A stretch of DNA of 64,000 nucleotides from positions 74,625,164 through 74,689,163 of the forward strand of contig NC_083406.1 of assembly GCF_020745735.1 (NCBI RefSeq), in the 5' to 3' direction. The position numbers and the translations under genes are program-made. Below are positions 1 through 11,569 of the stretch, in pieces. Each line of letters opens with the position of its first letter. Positions within the stretch are counted from its first letter, which is position 1. The DNA comes from Hemiscyllium ocellatum (Eukaryota). A model generated the notes under the pieces. The model was not told where the DNA came from, ran no database searches, and was given only the letters and a program-made list of their open reading frames with translations.

Positions 1-379
1 TATTCTTGCAACATCCTATTATTGGAACTTTCCCAGTCCTGAATCCTTGCAGACTGCTAATAATAGTAATTGTTTCTGGACCCTTGTCACCCCTCTTGTG
101 GTTCTAAAACTCAAGTCAGCACAGAACACAGCAATTATCACCTCAGGCAGCTTAGTTGAAATCACAGGATTTCTTGCAAACGCTAATTTGAATTCAACTA
201 TTTTGTGACCTGTAAAACAAAGTCAGATCTTCACAGAATTGAAAAAAAAGACCATTGAGTGTAAGAGTTGGGATGTCATATTGAGGTTCTACAGGAATTT
301 GTTGAGACCATTTTGTTTACAGTTCTGGTCACCCTGCTATAGGAAGGATCTTATTAAACCAGAAAAGATTCAAAAAAAT

Positions 380-648
380 TTAGATTAGATTAGATTCTGT
401 ATAGTGTGGAAACAGGCCCTCCAGCCCAACAAGCCCACACCAACTCTCCGAACAGTAATCCACCCAGACCCATTTCCTAATGCACCTAACACAATGGGCA
501 ATTTCGCGTGGCCAATTCACCTGACCTGCACATCTTTGGACTGTGGGAGGAAACACGCAAACTCCACGCAGACAGTCATCCTAGGCTGGAATCGAACCGA
601 GGACTCTGGTGCTGTGAGGGAGCAGTGCTAACTACTGAGCCACCTGTA
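380..648 (-). mobile_element. HE1/V-SINE-type tRNA-derived SINE (internally deleted)
   Basis: Reverse complement has tRNA-like head (gtggctcagtagttagcactgct...ggttcgattcc), core tgcgtggagtttgcg and (aatct)n tail. Confidence 0.85.
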
Positions 649-947
649 CCATAATGTTCTCAAGTCTGGAGGGTTTGAGTTATAAAGAGAGTTTTCTCAC
701 TATAGAGTAGGATGATCTTATAAAAAGCTTTATAAAATCATGACAGGCATAGATAGGGAAAAGACTTTTGCTACTCACCTTAAGATGGGGGGAATTTCAA
801 ACCTAGGGGACATATTTTTTAAGGTGAAAGGAGAAAGACTTAAATTGGACCGGTCGGGCAACTTCTTCCACAAGGAGAGGTTCATGTGTGGAATGAATTG
901 CCAGAGGAAGTGGTAGATGCAAGAATGCTGCAACATTTCAAAGACAT

Positions 948-1118
948 AAGTCGAAGAATGTGGTGCTGGAAAAGCACAGCCTGTCAGGCAATATCCAAGG
1001 AGCAGGAGAGTTGATGTTTTGGTCAGAAGCCCTTCATCAGGAATGAGCACTGTTGACTAGCTGTGCTTTTCCAGCACTACACTCTTCGACTCGATCTCCA
1101 GCATCTGCAGTCCTCCTA
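948..1118. mobile_element. Short palindromic non-autonomous Penelope-derived element with decayed hammerhead motif
   Basis: Inverted arms gtgctggaaaagcacagc / gctgtgcttttccagcac; minus strand attcCTGATGAAGGGCttctGACCAAAACATC. Confidence 0.75.
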
Positions 1119-1753
1119 TTTTCATGCAGCAAGTGGTTCGAGTCTGTAACACATGGACAGCACATGTTACAGACTTATTGGAAGTGTTGAAAAGAGAATT
1201 GGATTTTTATCTGAAAAGAAAGAATATGCAGAGCTATAGTGACTTTCTCCTATTTTAAAAGGCATGTACATGAATACAAAAGGTTTAAGAGGGATACGGA
1301 CCAAACTCAAGCACATGAGAGTAGTTTAGTTTAGGAAACTTGGTTGGCATGAACGATTTGGACTGAAGGGTTTGTTTCAATACTTCATGACTCTATATCT
1401 AAAACACAATGTTTCTTGCACTTTAGAACTCAAGCTCTCAGATAACAATACTACGTACTATGACATCTATAGCTTCTGGGAATAGACTGAAACCTTGGCC
1501 ACAAGATAGGGCTGTTCTGGCATAGTACTTGGCTTGATCAAGGCCCTAGCATGTGCATGGATCAGACAAGAAGTCCATGCTACAGGATATCTTCTGTTCC
1601 TATGTGGCTACTGCTTCAGAACTGGAGTAGGCCATTTGGCCAGAACCTCGAGCCTGTTCCATCACTTCTTGAGAATAGGCTTACTGTGGCCTAAACTCAT
1701 ATACCTGCCTTCAGCCCATAGCTAGCGCGATCATTGACACCTTTAACCATATT

Positions 1754-1974
1754 CGAGGAGAATGCGAGGGCTGCAGATCAGAGCTGAAAATGTGTTGCTG
1801 GAAAAGCACAGAAGGTCAGGCAGCATCCAAGGAGGAGAATCGACGTTTTGGGCATGAGCCCTTCTTCAGGAATGAGGGCCTCATTCTTGAAGAAGGGCTC
1901 ATTCCCGAAACATCGATTCTCCTGCTCCTTGGATGCTGCCTGACCTGCTGCGCTTTTCCAGCAACACATTTTCA
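1754..1974. mobile_element. Palindromic non-autonomous Penelope-derived element with 16-bp target-site duplication
   Basis: ~90-bp imperfect inverted arms centred on 1878 (gaatgagg-g-cctcattc); flanking direct repeat cacctttaaccatatt at 1738-1753 and 1973-1988; hammerhead-like cores on both strands. Confidence 0.85.
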
Positions 1975-2900
1975 CCTTTAACCATATTGTGAACAATAAA
2001 TAATTTAAGATTAAAAAAATTGATGTGCACATGAGCAACTGTCCATACTGTGGGTCTGGACATTAGTTAGCGACACTCAAATTCCGACCAAATGCCGATA
2101 CAAACATGTCAAAACGGGGGATAAGTGGAGTTGTGAAGCAAACCACGTTGACTGAAAAGAAATACACAACGTTACTTTCCATTAACAGGTTCGATCCAGT
2201 AATATGATGACAACGAACCCGTAACATTCTGCTAAAAGACCCATCAACCGACTAACTTGAAGATTGGAGACGAAGCCTCACCCCATTCCCCCACAGAGCC
2301 ACATTCCACTGGAATATCAGCACCGCCTCAGCCAGGAATTGACGGAAACATTCCGATCATTATCAGGAAGCATGAACATTGGTTGGTTAATGACTGATTG
2401 GTTTCCGCCACCCATCCCACAAAAGTAACTTAATTTCACTACTCACATGGAAAAGGAATCTCGTGTAAAATTGCATAGGAAATCTAAACAAGTGCAGATT
2501 CAATGAAAAGTATCTCCTCCCTCGCTCCATTTCACTGGAAGGACATTTCCCAGAGCTTTACAGCATGACATTCCTCTCCCTGTGGAATGCCCTGTGCCGG
2601 GACGCCGATCGCAAACTCTTTTTACAAAATTCGTCCGCTGGGTTTTGAACAACAGGGGCGACCTTAGCAGCATCTTCGACAACTAACTCATTACCATCAC
2701 CGAGAACCGACTCAGAAACGAAAACCAAAGAAAAAGGTTAAACATCCCCGACACAACTATTTTTTTTAAAACTCACCCGGATTGGTGACAACTCCCAGTC
2801 AAGGACCTGGGTAGAACTAACTTGTTTCGTTAATCCTACGACGAAAGCGAACGAGCGACATCATGAACAAAAATGAAAACTTGGAAGAGAATGTGCTCAC

Positions 2901-2930
2901 CATTTGGCGGACGATGTCTGCCGAAGCCAT
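2901..2930 (-). CDS. SEPTIN10: First coding exon of a SEPT6-group septin, most likely septin-10 (MASADIVRQM); the gene continues leftward beyond the window
   Basis: ATG GCT TCG GCA GAC ATC GTC CGC CAA ATG followed by donor GTGAGC. The 10-codon phase-0 exon resembles the SEPT10 (MASSEVARHL) and SEPT6 (MAATDIARQV) N-termini. It lies in CpG-rich DNA head-to-head with SOWAHC, as SEPTIN10 does in human. Confidence 0.8.
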
Positions 2931-3618
2931 CACGGGGCTGGAGCCGGTCGGAGCGGCCGGCGGTGACGATAATGCCCGGGGGGGTGGGGGTCGGAGAGGA
3001 GCGGATGACGGTTTGAGACTCGAGCGATCGAAGGTAACGGTTGGAACCGGGAAGTCGGGGAGAGGAACGGGTGGGGATTGGGAATGGAGGCGGCTGATGG
3101 TGACAGTTCGAACCGGGCGCGGTTGGATCGGCTCGCGCTGACGGTTAGGACTGGAACGCGGATGCTCCGTTTCAATCAGGGCACAATACAGGACCCTACC
3201 AAACACATTAGGGAATGGAGCGCACACACGTGTGTGCAATAAGTTAATTGCAACCCGAAAAAACACACAGCTATGATCCATTCTGGTTTAGTTATATATA
3301 TTCTATTTAAAAGTCACACTAGAAACTGTCCACTTATTTAATATTATGCCTTGGCATTTGTTCTCTTCCTTAAGTCCCCTATTATGCCGTAGCCCGATGG
3401 TTGGTGCTTGATTGACAGCTCGATGGTGTGGGACCGGAAGTAATTGGTTGCTATGGGATAATGGGGTGGGAGAGTGTTTGCTTCTGACCACAAGGAAACT
3501 CAGCAGCAGCTTGGAAATAGGCTCGTTAGTGAGAGAAAAAAGAGGCGGATACAGTGATGCCGCTCAAAGGTTGTGCCGGTCGGTTGAAAAAACGCTGCTA
3601 ATACAAAATAATTTCGTA
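2931..3618. promoter_or_regulatory. Bidirectional promoter/5' UTR region between septin and SOWAHC
   Basis: CpG-rich; ETS/GABPA consensus ACCGGAAGT 3433-3441; inverted CCAAT (ATTGG) 3444-3448; AT-rich TATA-like tract 3292-3312; divergent start codons 688 bp apart. Confidence 0.7.
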
Positions 3619-5604
3619 ATGGCAGCGGAATTGAGCGTGAACGCCGTGGGGCAGTTTCTTTCGGACAGAGGAGGGAAAGTGCCGAGTGCCGTGCTGCTGG
3701 AACATTTCACAGTTTTTCTGAACAACCCCAAGACGAGGGCGGACGCTCGAGGGCTGTTCAAAGAGTTCGTGAACAAAGTGGGGCTGGTGGTCCAAGAAGA
3801 TGGGGTGAAATACGTGTGTTTGAAGAAGAAGTACCGACATCAGATTCACTGGTCCGAGGTGTCTGCGGATGGTAAGGAGCATGGCTGGAAAGACAGTGAT
3901 GGTGCTGCCGGCGGTGTGGAAAAACGGGACAGACAATCTGAAAGAATCGGCAACAGTTCGTCTACAGAAGGGAGAAAACAAAGCCTAGATGGAGGAGCTT
4001 TGACAGATCCGCCTACATCGGTACTTTCCGCGCCAGTCGTTGATGGTGGGTGTTTGGACAACTCGTATGATGAGGGATGCAATGAAAGCCAACAGACTGT
4101 GCTGTTGGACCAGTGCAGTGCTGAAGAAGACGGGCGAGTTGCAAGGCACTCCCATGTAAATGGGGCAAACGAACAAGTTGCTTCGTCAAATGGAACTCCA
4201 ACAGTATCAAATATGACCACAGAAATGGAGAATCAAGTCCAAACCGAGCATAATCAAGCAACGAAATTGGTGACTGAATCCAGACAATTAGTTACTGATT
4301 TGGGCGAAACATGTCTACATCAAGACACCAGTAAGACTGTTAAGAAAACGAAAAATGGTGGCGATCTACACGCCAATTTATTCAATTCGGGCGATGATAG
4401 AAAAAGCACTCTAACCTGGAATTTTCCTGAAAGTACCGCAAAGCAGGCGCCAGAATCCGAAAAAATAGAAAACATTGACTCCACAGAACGTGATATTAAG
4501 TCAAAGAATGAAAGTAAAATGTTAATTACACCTTATTGCAACTTTTCACCTGCTGAAGTCAAGATAAGCCCAGACGTTAATGTCCGAAGACCTTCCCGAA
4601 AGCGTTTACAACGAAGCCTGGCAGTTAGTCGATCAAGCAGCCTTTTTGATGATGGAAACACAATTGAGGTCTCGACCAATGCATCCAGTTCAGCCAGTGA
4701 AAGCTTGTTATGTACACCCAGGTCGAGTAGGAAAAATTTTAGGGAACTAATGATTAGCAGCTCACCCCAGCTAAGACATAGTGTTGCTTACAATAACTCT
4801 GCTTCCTTTCTAAATCTTAAACAAGGAGATCTGGGATCTGATAGAAACGAAAGTGACTCCTCTTTGACTTCAAAACTGAGTGATGAAGATACAGGGTCAG
4901 TAGCACTTGATCCCTTGGAACATGAATGGATGTTGCATGCCTCGGAAGGAAGATGGGATAGCCTCAAAACATTACTGACAACTGATCCCAGTCTGATCAC
5001 TTGGAAAGATTTTGTCACTGGGTTTACATGTCTTCATTGGGCAGCAAAACATGGTAAACCGGAATTACTGGCAATGCTAGTCAATTATGCAGCTAAACAT
5101 GACATTCCAATCAATATTAATATTCGGTCTAGTGGTGGTTACACCCCTCTGCATTTGGCTGCTATGCATGGGCACACGGAAGTAGTGAAACTGTTGTCTG
5201 GTGCCTATGACGCTGATGTTGATATTAGAGATTATAGTGGTAAGAAGGCATGGCAATACCTCAGCCAAGATACTTCTGAGGAGTTGAGGAGTCTTATCGG
5301 TGCATCTAGAAACTTGGACTCTGAAAGCATGTTACAGAATGAAAGTGGACGTTGGAGACTGTCAAAGGTTCTTCCTTCCAATCTGACCCACAAAGTGTCC
5401 AGTGCTCTTGAAGAAGAAGCTTATACAGATGGCTCAATCACAAAACCAGTCAGCCGGAAAACCTCGATTAACAAGATGAAATTCAATCGAATAAGATTTA
5501 AAACACAAGTCATTCAGTCTACACCTTCCCTGCAAGGAACAGGTGATCATAAAGACCCAAAAAATGCATTGAAACTCAGACCAAAGTCGACTATTTTTGG
5601 ATAA
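3619..5604 (+). CDS. SOWAHC: Ankyrin repeat domain-containing protein SOWAHC (sosondowah C), single coding exon, 661 aa
   Basis: Conserved SOWAH N-terminus (FLSDRGGKV...FKEFVN...DGVKYVCLKK), ALDPLEHEWM block, ankyrin repeats (GFTCLHWAAKHGK, GYTPLHLAAMHGHTEVVKLL) and SOWAHC-type C-terminus (RIRFKTQVIQSTPS...LRPKSTIFG). First in-frame AUG is 3619 in strong context (gtaATGg); the track's 3412 start is TTG. Confidence 0.93.
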   Translation: MAAELSVNAVGQFLSDRGGKVPSAVLLEHFTVFLNNPKTRADARGLFKEFVNKVGLVVQEDGVKYVCLKKKYRHQIHWSEVSADGKEHGWKDSDGAAGGVEKRDRQSERIGNSSSTEGRKQSLDGGALTDPPTSVLSAPVVDGGCLDNSYDEGCNESQQTVLLDQCSAEEDGRVARHSHVNGANEQVASSNGTPTVSNMTTEMENQVQTEHNQATKLVTESRQLVTDLGETCLHQDTSKTVKKTKNGGDLHANLFNSGDDRKSTLTWNFPESTAKQAPESEKIENIDSTERDIKSKNESKMLITPYCNFSPAEVKISPDVNVRRPSRKRLQRSLAVSRSSSLFDDGNTIEVSTNASSSASESLLCTPRSSRKNFRELMISSSPQLRHSVAYNNSASFLNLKQGDLGSDRNESDSSLTSKLSDEDTGSVALDPLEHEWMLHASEGRWDSLKTLLTTDPSLITWKDFVTGFTCLHWAAKHGKPELLAMLVNYAAKHDIPININIRSSGGYTPLHLAAMHGHTEVVKLLSGAYDADVDIRDYSGKKAWQYLSQDTSEELRSLIGASRNLDSESMLQNESGRWRLSKVLPSNLTHKVSSALEEEAYTDGSITKPVSRKTSINKMKFNRIRFKTQVIQSTPSLQGTGDHKDPKNALKLRPKSTIFG

Positions 5605-6464
5605 AACCATCATTAGAGTTTATAGGATTCCTGAGATGAGCCAAATGTAGTATAAACAGTTTATTTTGACTACACTTAATAAAATTATTAAATCAATATT
5701 GCCAACTTGAACATTTTCACTCTCAGTAAAGGAAATATTTGGTGCATATTTGTTAGGTGCCTTCTAATGAATTATGCTAATTATCTGTATCTATGTCCTA
5801 CTCTAAGTATCCTTTTAGTTCCAAATTGCACTTTTCCACTAGAGTTGGCACTTATACTTGACAGAAACAGTCTTCTATTTTAATTCATTGCTGTAGAATT
5901 TCGAAATACAATACATTCACTAGATAACTGGAGAACATTGAGATAGGACAAAAACCCTGTAGACTGTTGTTGTATAAAATTGTTGTCATAGTTATGTAAT
6001 ACTGATGGAATACCAAGTAAAATATTGAGAGACCTGATGCATTCCATTTCGCGTTCATGGTGACGTTATAATGCCTCCAAATGTTAATCTAATAGTTCAA
6101 TTGCAAGTAATTTCAGTGAGTTTTAAAACGTAGAAGCATTTCGTTTCTGAAAGTCAGCCTTGACTTCACCAAATAGTTACCACAAATTTTATGTAAGTTA
6201 TGTAATTTTATGTTATGTAAGTTATAACCAAATGTGCTGCTCTTAATTATGATCGGTTATGCTTGACAAGATAGCTAGAATGAAAAAGGTTATAATGGGG
6301 GCATTCATTCTCTAAGTAACACATGAATATTACGAAATAGCGTTTGTAAACTTAAAAGATGCTAATTAACTAAACATACCTGTAATAGAATTTTTCATCC
6401 TTCTCTAAAGAAGAAAATTTATTATGTCCGAACCTTATTTGTGTCCTCCCACCCCTCCCCACAA

Positions 6465-6500
6465 GCGCGCGCACGCGCGCGCACACACACACACACACAC
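6465..6500. repeat. (CG)n/(CA)n alternating purine-pyrimidine microsatellite
   Basis: gcgcgcgcacgcgcgcgcacacacacacacacacac. Confidence 0.9.
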
Positions 6501-8089
6501 AGGAGGACAATATAAAATTACGAGTTATGTTATTATAAATTATAGGAATGAATTTGGTTTCAGGTATCTGTTGGAAGAGGTGAAATAGGAAAGTTAGTGC
6601 ACTGAGAAACCATATTCAGGCTGGTCCTTTTAAGTTTTTGCTGTCAGATTCCAGATAAGTCCTTTTGTTTTACAATATTTGCAAAATATACTGCCAATAA
6701 ATGGTTGAACTTTTAATTACCCTTAGTACAGCTTCTGAAAAATGAAATGAAGCTCATTAAGATATTGAACGAAATATTGGCTCAGTACGTCTTGTTCATA
6801 GCGTCCTGAAGATACCAGCAATTCTTCATTCAAAGCTGAAATGCTGCTTAAATTAAGGTGGACATTGATTTCAATAATTAATAAAAGCGTAGGTACTATT
6901 GTGAGAGGAATTCACTGTGAACGTTTTCAAAAACATCTCAATATGCCTTGAGCCATTTATTATGGAAACTTGCAAACATTTCTCTCATTGCTAAAGTGTA
7001 ATATAGTTTCCTGAATCCCATGACAAGTCTGTAATTTTCTTCCTTCAGATTAAGTAACTTGATTTGTATTAACAATCTATTGTGCGTTAAAATTGTTACC
7101 CCATTTCCAAACAATAGAAAAGATGGCTTAGAATATTGAATTTTGTGGATTTTAAGTGTTTCTACAGGTGTACAGAATATCAGATAGGCTGTGTTGCATT
7201 TGAATTATTGCTTAGTTAGGATATTAAAGGATATTACAGTTTTAAGTTGTGACAAGCTGTTAACTCTGTTCAGAATTATTGAATGTATAGTATTGAACTG
7301 CACAAATCACAAAAACTGAACTGCTTTTATCACTGAGCAAAACTCTATGTTTAATGTAAAATAATTAATTATTTTCTTAAACATCTGTCAGATTTTTTTT
7401 CCAGTATAAGCCATTTTGCTTTAGTGGCCCTTTAAATGTATTTTGGAACATGTATATTTTATAAAATATTTCATTGGTCACTTAGTCCTTTATATGTCTT
7501 AAAATTTGGTCTGGAAAAATATTACATTTAACCTCTATTATACTTTTCCTCTCCCTATAAATTTCCCACAGAAAGGGGTTTTGAGACTGAGATAAACTTA
7601 ACTGAACTCATAATCGCTGTACGTTAATGGCACAGAATTAAATGCGATTTGGCAAAGATTGACAGTGTTATTCAGAGGTCTGCAAAATGGCTGATGTGAG
7701 AAACTTGTAATACTTGCTGTCTACAATGCTTTCTAATTTTGGAGATATTTGTTTGGAAAGAGTAGTTTATGTTCTATTGCTGACTTTTGCCATAAGTGAC
7801 AAGTGTTTTCAATGTTGACAAGTAGTAAAAATGGAAAAAGACCGTTCTGGTTCCTATCACTGATTTCCTCGGGTATAATGAATACAAAGCCACTTCTGGT
7901 ACTGTGGCTGAAAAGGTCAAACCATTGTGCCTGGCACAACTTGAACTGGAGTGACAGACCATTCTCTGGCAGCCAGTAAGAAACACTGACGCAGTGTAAA
8001 GGCAAGAGAGAAAAGGAGGAAGGCTATTAACAGAGTCTAATGATAATTAATCAAAGAGATTCTACTTAAAAAAAATAGGCAAGTTGGCA

Positions 8090-8322
8090 TGAAATCAGAA
8101 ATTACTGGAACAATTCAACAAATCTGGCAGTATCTGTAGAGACAAAGCAGAGTTAATGTTTCAGGTCTAGGTGATCCTTCTGTACCAGAACTGAAGAAGC
8201 ATCACTGAATTCAAAACGTTAACTCTGCTTTCCTGCCACAGATGCTGCCAGACCTACTGAGCTATTCCAGCAATTTTTGATTTTGTTTCTGATTTCTAGT
8301 ATCTGAAATTCTTTGGTTTTTC
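8090..8322. mobile_element. Palindromic PLE-derived short element (gttctgaagaagggtcactggac family), decayed
   Basis: Inverted arms tctggcagtatctgt...aaagcagagttaa / ttaactctgcttt...acagatgctgccaga around ctgaagaagcatcactgaattcaaaacgtt. Confidence 0.75.
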
Positions 8323-9669
8323 AGCGTAAAATCAACTTTGTTATTTTTGGATGTTCACCTGATTGCTTCATGTCACAAGCATGGATCAAATTACGATTTG
8401 AGGACCAACATAATACTATAGCACTACATCATACATTGCAACATTCACAAAACTGCTAATAATATTAGAAAAATGTAAATGTTTCAAATATATTGATATT
8501 TTAACCATTTCTGCTACAGGATTAGTGGTAAAGAAAACTATGATGTAACAAGACTGAATGATAAAGACATTTTTAAAAGTAATTTTATTTGTTTCAGTGG
8601 ATGCTGTGTAATTTTTGTGTTTGGATGCCTTTTGTATGTTTTTGCTTTGAAAACACATAGCACTTTATACTTTGTGAATGTGACTAAACAAAAGAATGGT
8701 TCATCTCTTTTTGTTGAAGTAAAATATAGTTTGTTTACTAACATTATGTAATTAAACGTAAAACAAAAACAAGTCCTTTGTAAATCATGATTAACATTGA
8801 ATCATTTTTCATTTTGGGAGATCAGGAATGCATTGCATTGGCACTTGTGTACATGTTCAAATTCAGCCTTCATTAGTTAGTCAAATGTTTCCTGTCTTTG
8901 CATTTTGTTTAAGAATGTGAAATGAGAGGAACAGCAAATTTCCACTGAGACATGACAACAAAACAAAGCAACACTACATTGGCATTCTCATTCAGAGAAG
9001 ACATATGGCTAGTGTGAGAAATGAATACCATCGCATTACTGCTATGAGTGATAATACGATGCTAGAATTCACAGCACGGGAGGAAGCTAGTAAGATAATT
9101 GTGCATGTACCAGTTGCTTCTCTGAATTAATAATTAAAGGAAAGCTGAGTGTAATGTATCTATCCTTATGTTCAAAGTAATTACTGTTTCATAAAATAAC
9201 TTTACACTTTCAATTTGCTTTGACTTAATTTCTTTGCTGAACCATCAAGTAGGTTCATCCCCATTGTTATCCTGCTCCAATCCTAGGGACTTGACCCTGG
9301 AATCCACTTTAATGCTGCTTCAGCACCATCTGACCAAAGATGTTGTGCTTTAGGTTCAAAACAGCTCAGCTTGTATTCCAGAATTTAATGCACGACAGAT
9401 CATTTTCTTAATGATTTAGACTTTATTGTTATGTACTCAAGTATAGAAATAAGGTTGTGAAAAGTTTCAGTGTCATCACACATGCTGCCATCCTAGATAC
9501 AAGTACCTGGGTACAAAAATGTAAGAACAACGTTAAACATGAGAAATGGTAGCAATTATCTTTGTTATCTTGATGGAAACAAGCACAAAACTTTCAGGTT
9601 AAAGTTATCCAGCAGAATATCAATATAATATAATTAAACTTTTTTTGCCAAATAAAAACTTTTTATTTC

Positions 9670-10830
9670 AAAAGTTTATATTTCAGGATGTGTATGTCAC
9701 TGGCTAAGTATCTGTTACGCATCAGAAATTGCCTTGAGAAGGCATCAGAAATTGCCTTGAGAAGGTGGTGCTAATGTATTCCCTGTGGGTTTGGGTACAA
9801 CCACTCGGGTCTCAGAAAAAAACGTTCTTGGATTTTGACCCATCAATAGTGAAAGAACAATGATATTATTCCAAGTCAGTATGGTTCATAGACTAAAGAG
9901 GAACCTGCAGATGGTGATGTTCCCCAGTGCCTGCTACCTTTGATGGTTTGAGTAGTAGAAGCTACAGTTTGAAAGGTACTGTGAAAGGATCTTTGGTGAG
10001 TGGAGCAATGTAATTTATATAGATGAATATTGCTGCTACTGCCAGTGGAGGGGAGTGAATTTGAAAATGGATGGATGTCAGTTAAGCAAGCTGCTTTGCC
10101 CTGGATATTTTTGAATTTCTTGAGTTTTGCTTGAGTTACACTCATTCGGCCAAGTGAAGAGTATTCAATTACACTTTTAACTTGTACCTTATAGTTGATT
10201 AACAGACTTTTGCAAGTTAGAAGGTGACTTAACACAGAATTCCTAGCCTCCAACCTGCTCTTGTAGTCACACTGATTATATGGCTGGTTGAATTCAGTTT
10301 CTGGTGAATGGTCTCTCCAGGATTTGAATTTTGTGGGATTCAGTGTTCCCAATTCCACTGAATGTCAAGAAAAGGTGGCTAGATTCTATCTTGGCAGAGA
10401 TGACAATTGCCTTGCATTTGTATGACACATAAATTGCTTACCATTTGTTAGCCCAAACATGAATATTGTTGAGGCTTTTCTGCATGTGAGCATGGACTGA
10501 TTTGATATCTGAGAAAGCATGAATGGTGTTGAACATTGGTGATTTTGTACAATGAACTTCCCCATAGTGATCAAAAAGTGGAAGCATCATTGATGAAGCA
10601 GCTGAGGATGAAAGCTAGGGAACAACCCTCTGGAATACCAGGAGTAACATCCTAGATCTAAGACAATTGATCTCCCAACAACCATAGCATTTTTACGTTG
10701 TACTAGGCATGAATTCAACCAATTCCCAATAACTTCAGTTTATTAGGGATCCATAATGTGACACTTAATCAAATGCTGTTATGGTGACAAGGGCAGTTAC
10801 ATTCACCTCACTTAATGAGTTCTAGACTAA
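9670..10830 (-). mobile_element. Old non-LTR (CR1/L2-group) LINE 3' fragment, second family
   Basis: Minus-strand remnant INYKVQVKSVIEYSSL...NIQGKAACL; similar to 13100-13536, 19480-20800 and 39180-40200. Confidence 0.7.
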
Positions 10831-10988
10831 AATTGCCATCAGGAGTTTTGCTTGCAAATAAGCAGGCTTCATACCTTTATTCACAGATGAAAAATTGATC
10901 CATTTCCTCTATTCACATTAAGCTAAAGGATAACAATATTAATTATATCTGCAATTTGCACTTTTTGACGCATAAGTAATCCTTCCTA

Positions 10989-11286
10989 GGGCAGCATGAT
11001 GGCTCAGTGCTTAACATTGCTGCCTCACAGCACCAGGGTCTCCCAGTTCAATTCCACCCTCGGGTGACTGTCTATGTGGAGTTTGCACATTCTCCCCATG
11101 TCTGCATGGGGTTTCCTCCCACAGGCCAAAGGTGTGCAGGTCAATTGAGTTGGCCATGCTAAATTGCTAATAGTGTTAGGTGCATTAGTCAGAGGGAAAT
11201 GGGTCTGGGTAAGTTACTCTTCAGAGGGTCGGTGTGGATTGATTAGGCTGAAGGGCCTGTTTCCACACTGTGAGTAATCTAATCTA
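10989..11286 (+). mobile_element. HE1/V-SINE-type SINE
   Basis: gggcagcatgatggctcagtg A box, gttcaattcc B box, core gtggagtttgcacattctcccc, (aatct)n tail. Confidence 0.9.
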
Positions 11287-11569
11287 TTTATGTATATTTG
11301 AGGCCAAGAAAATCCCTTTTCCCATGTTGATCTTAATCTATTGCTCCTCAGTAAGAAAAGTGGACAATGACCAGGGTTCTGATTCCTGATTATTAACCAT
11401 TAACATAGGCATTCAAACATAGACTTTGAAATCTAGAAGATGGTCTTGGTTGTAATGACATATATAATTATGTAGCTTGCCAGTATTTATTGTCATTATT
11501 CACATGAATAAATAATTCTTGATTGGAATGTAGTGGCTGATACTGTTTTATAGAGCCATGATTCAGATA

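Larger units (their letters stand above)
250..1397 (+). mobile_element. Degenerate 3' fragment of CR1-group LINE, interrupted by a SINE and a PLE-derived insert
   Basis: Decayed ORF2 C-terminus (LQFWSPCYRKDLIK-like) and CR1-type 3' tail (gactgaagggtttgtttc...atgactctat); similar to other CR1 copies in the window. Confidence 0.7.
5605..8760 (+). other. Probable long AU-rich 3' UTR of SOWAHC with several candidate poly(A) signals
   Basis: Largely repeat-free, AT/U-rich; AATAAA at 5678, 6696 and 6880; ATTAAA at 8751 after a U-rich tract. The 3' end is uncertain. Confidence 0.5.

Noticed and set aside
2817-3281. 154-aa minus ORF and overlapping ORFs as whole genes
   Set aside because: GC-rich promoter artefacts; only the 10 codons before the GTGAG donor resemble a real protein
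3412-3618. 730-aa ORF start from the track
   Set aside because: Starts at TTG; SOWAH homology begins at the first AUG (3619), which has a strong Kozak context
3564-5268. Several antisense ORFs within SOWAHC
   Set aside because: Shadow ORFs of the coding strand with no recognisable motifs
9719-9764. 23-bp tandem duplication gcatcagaaattgccttgagaag
   Set aside because: Simple local duplication within an old LINE tail; not an array or CRISPR
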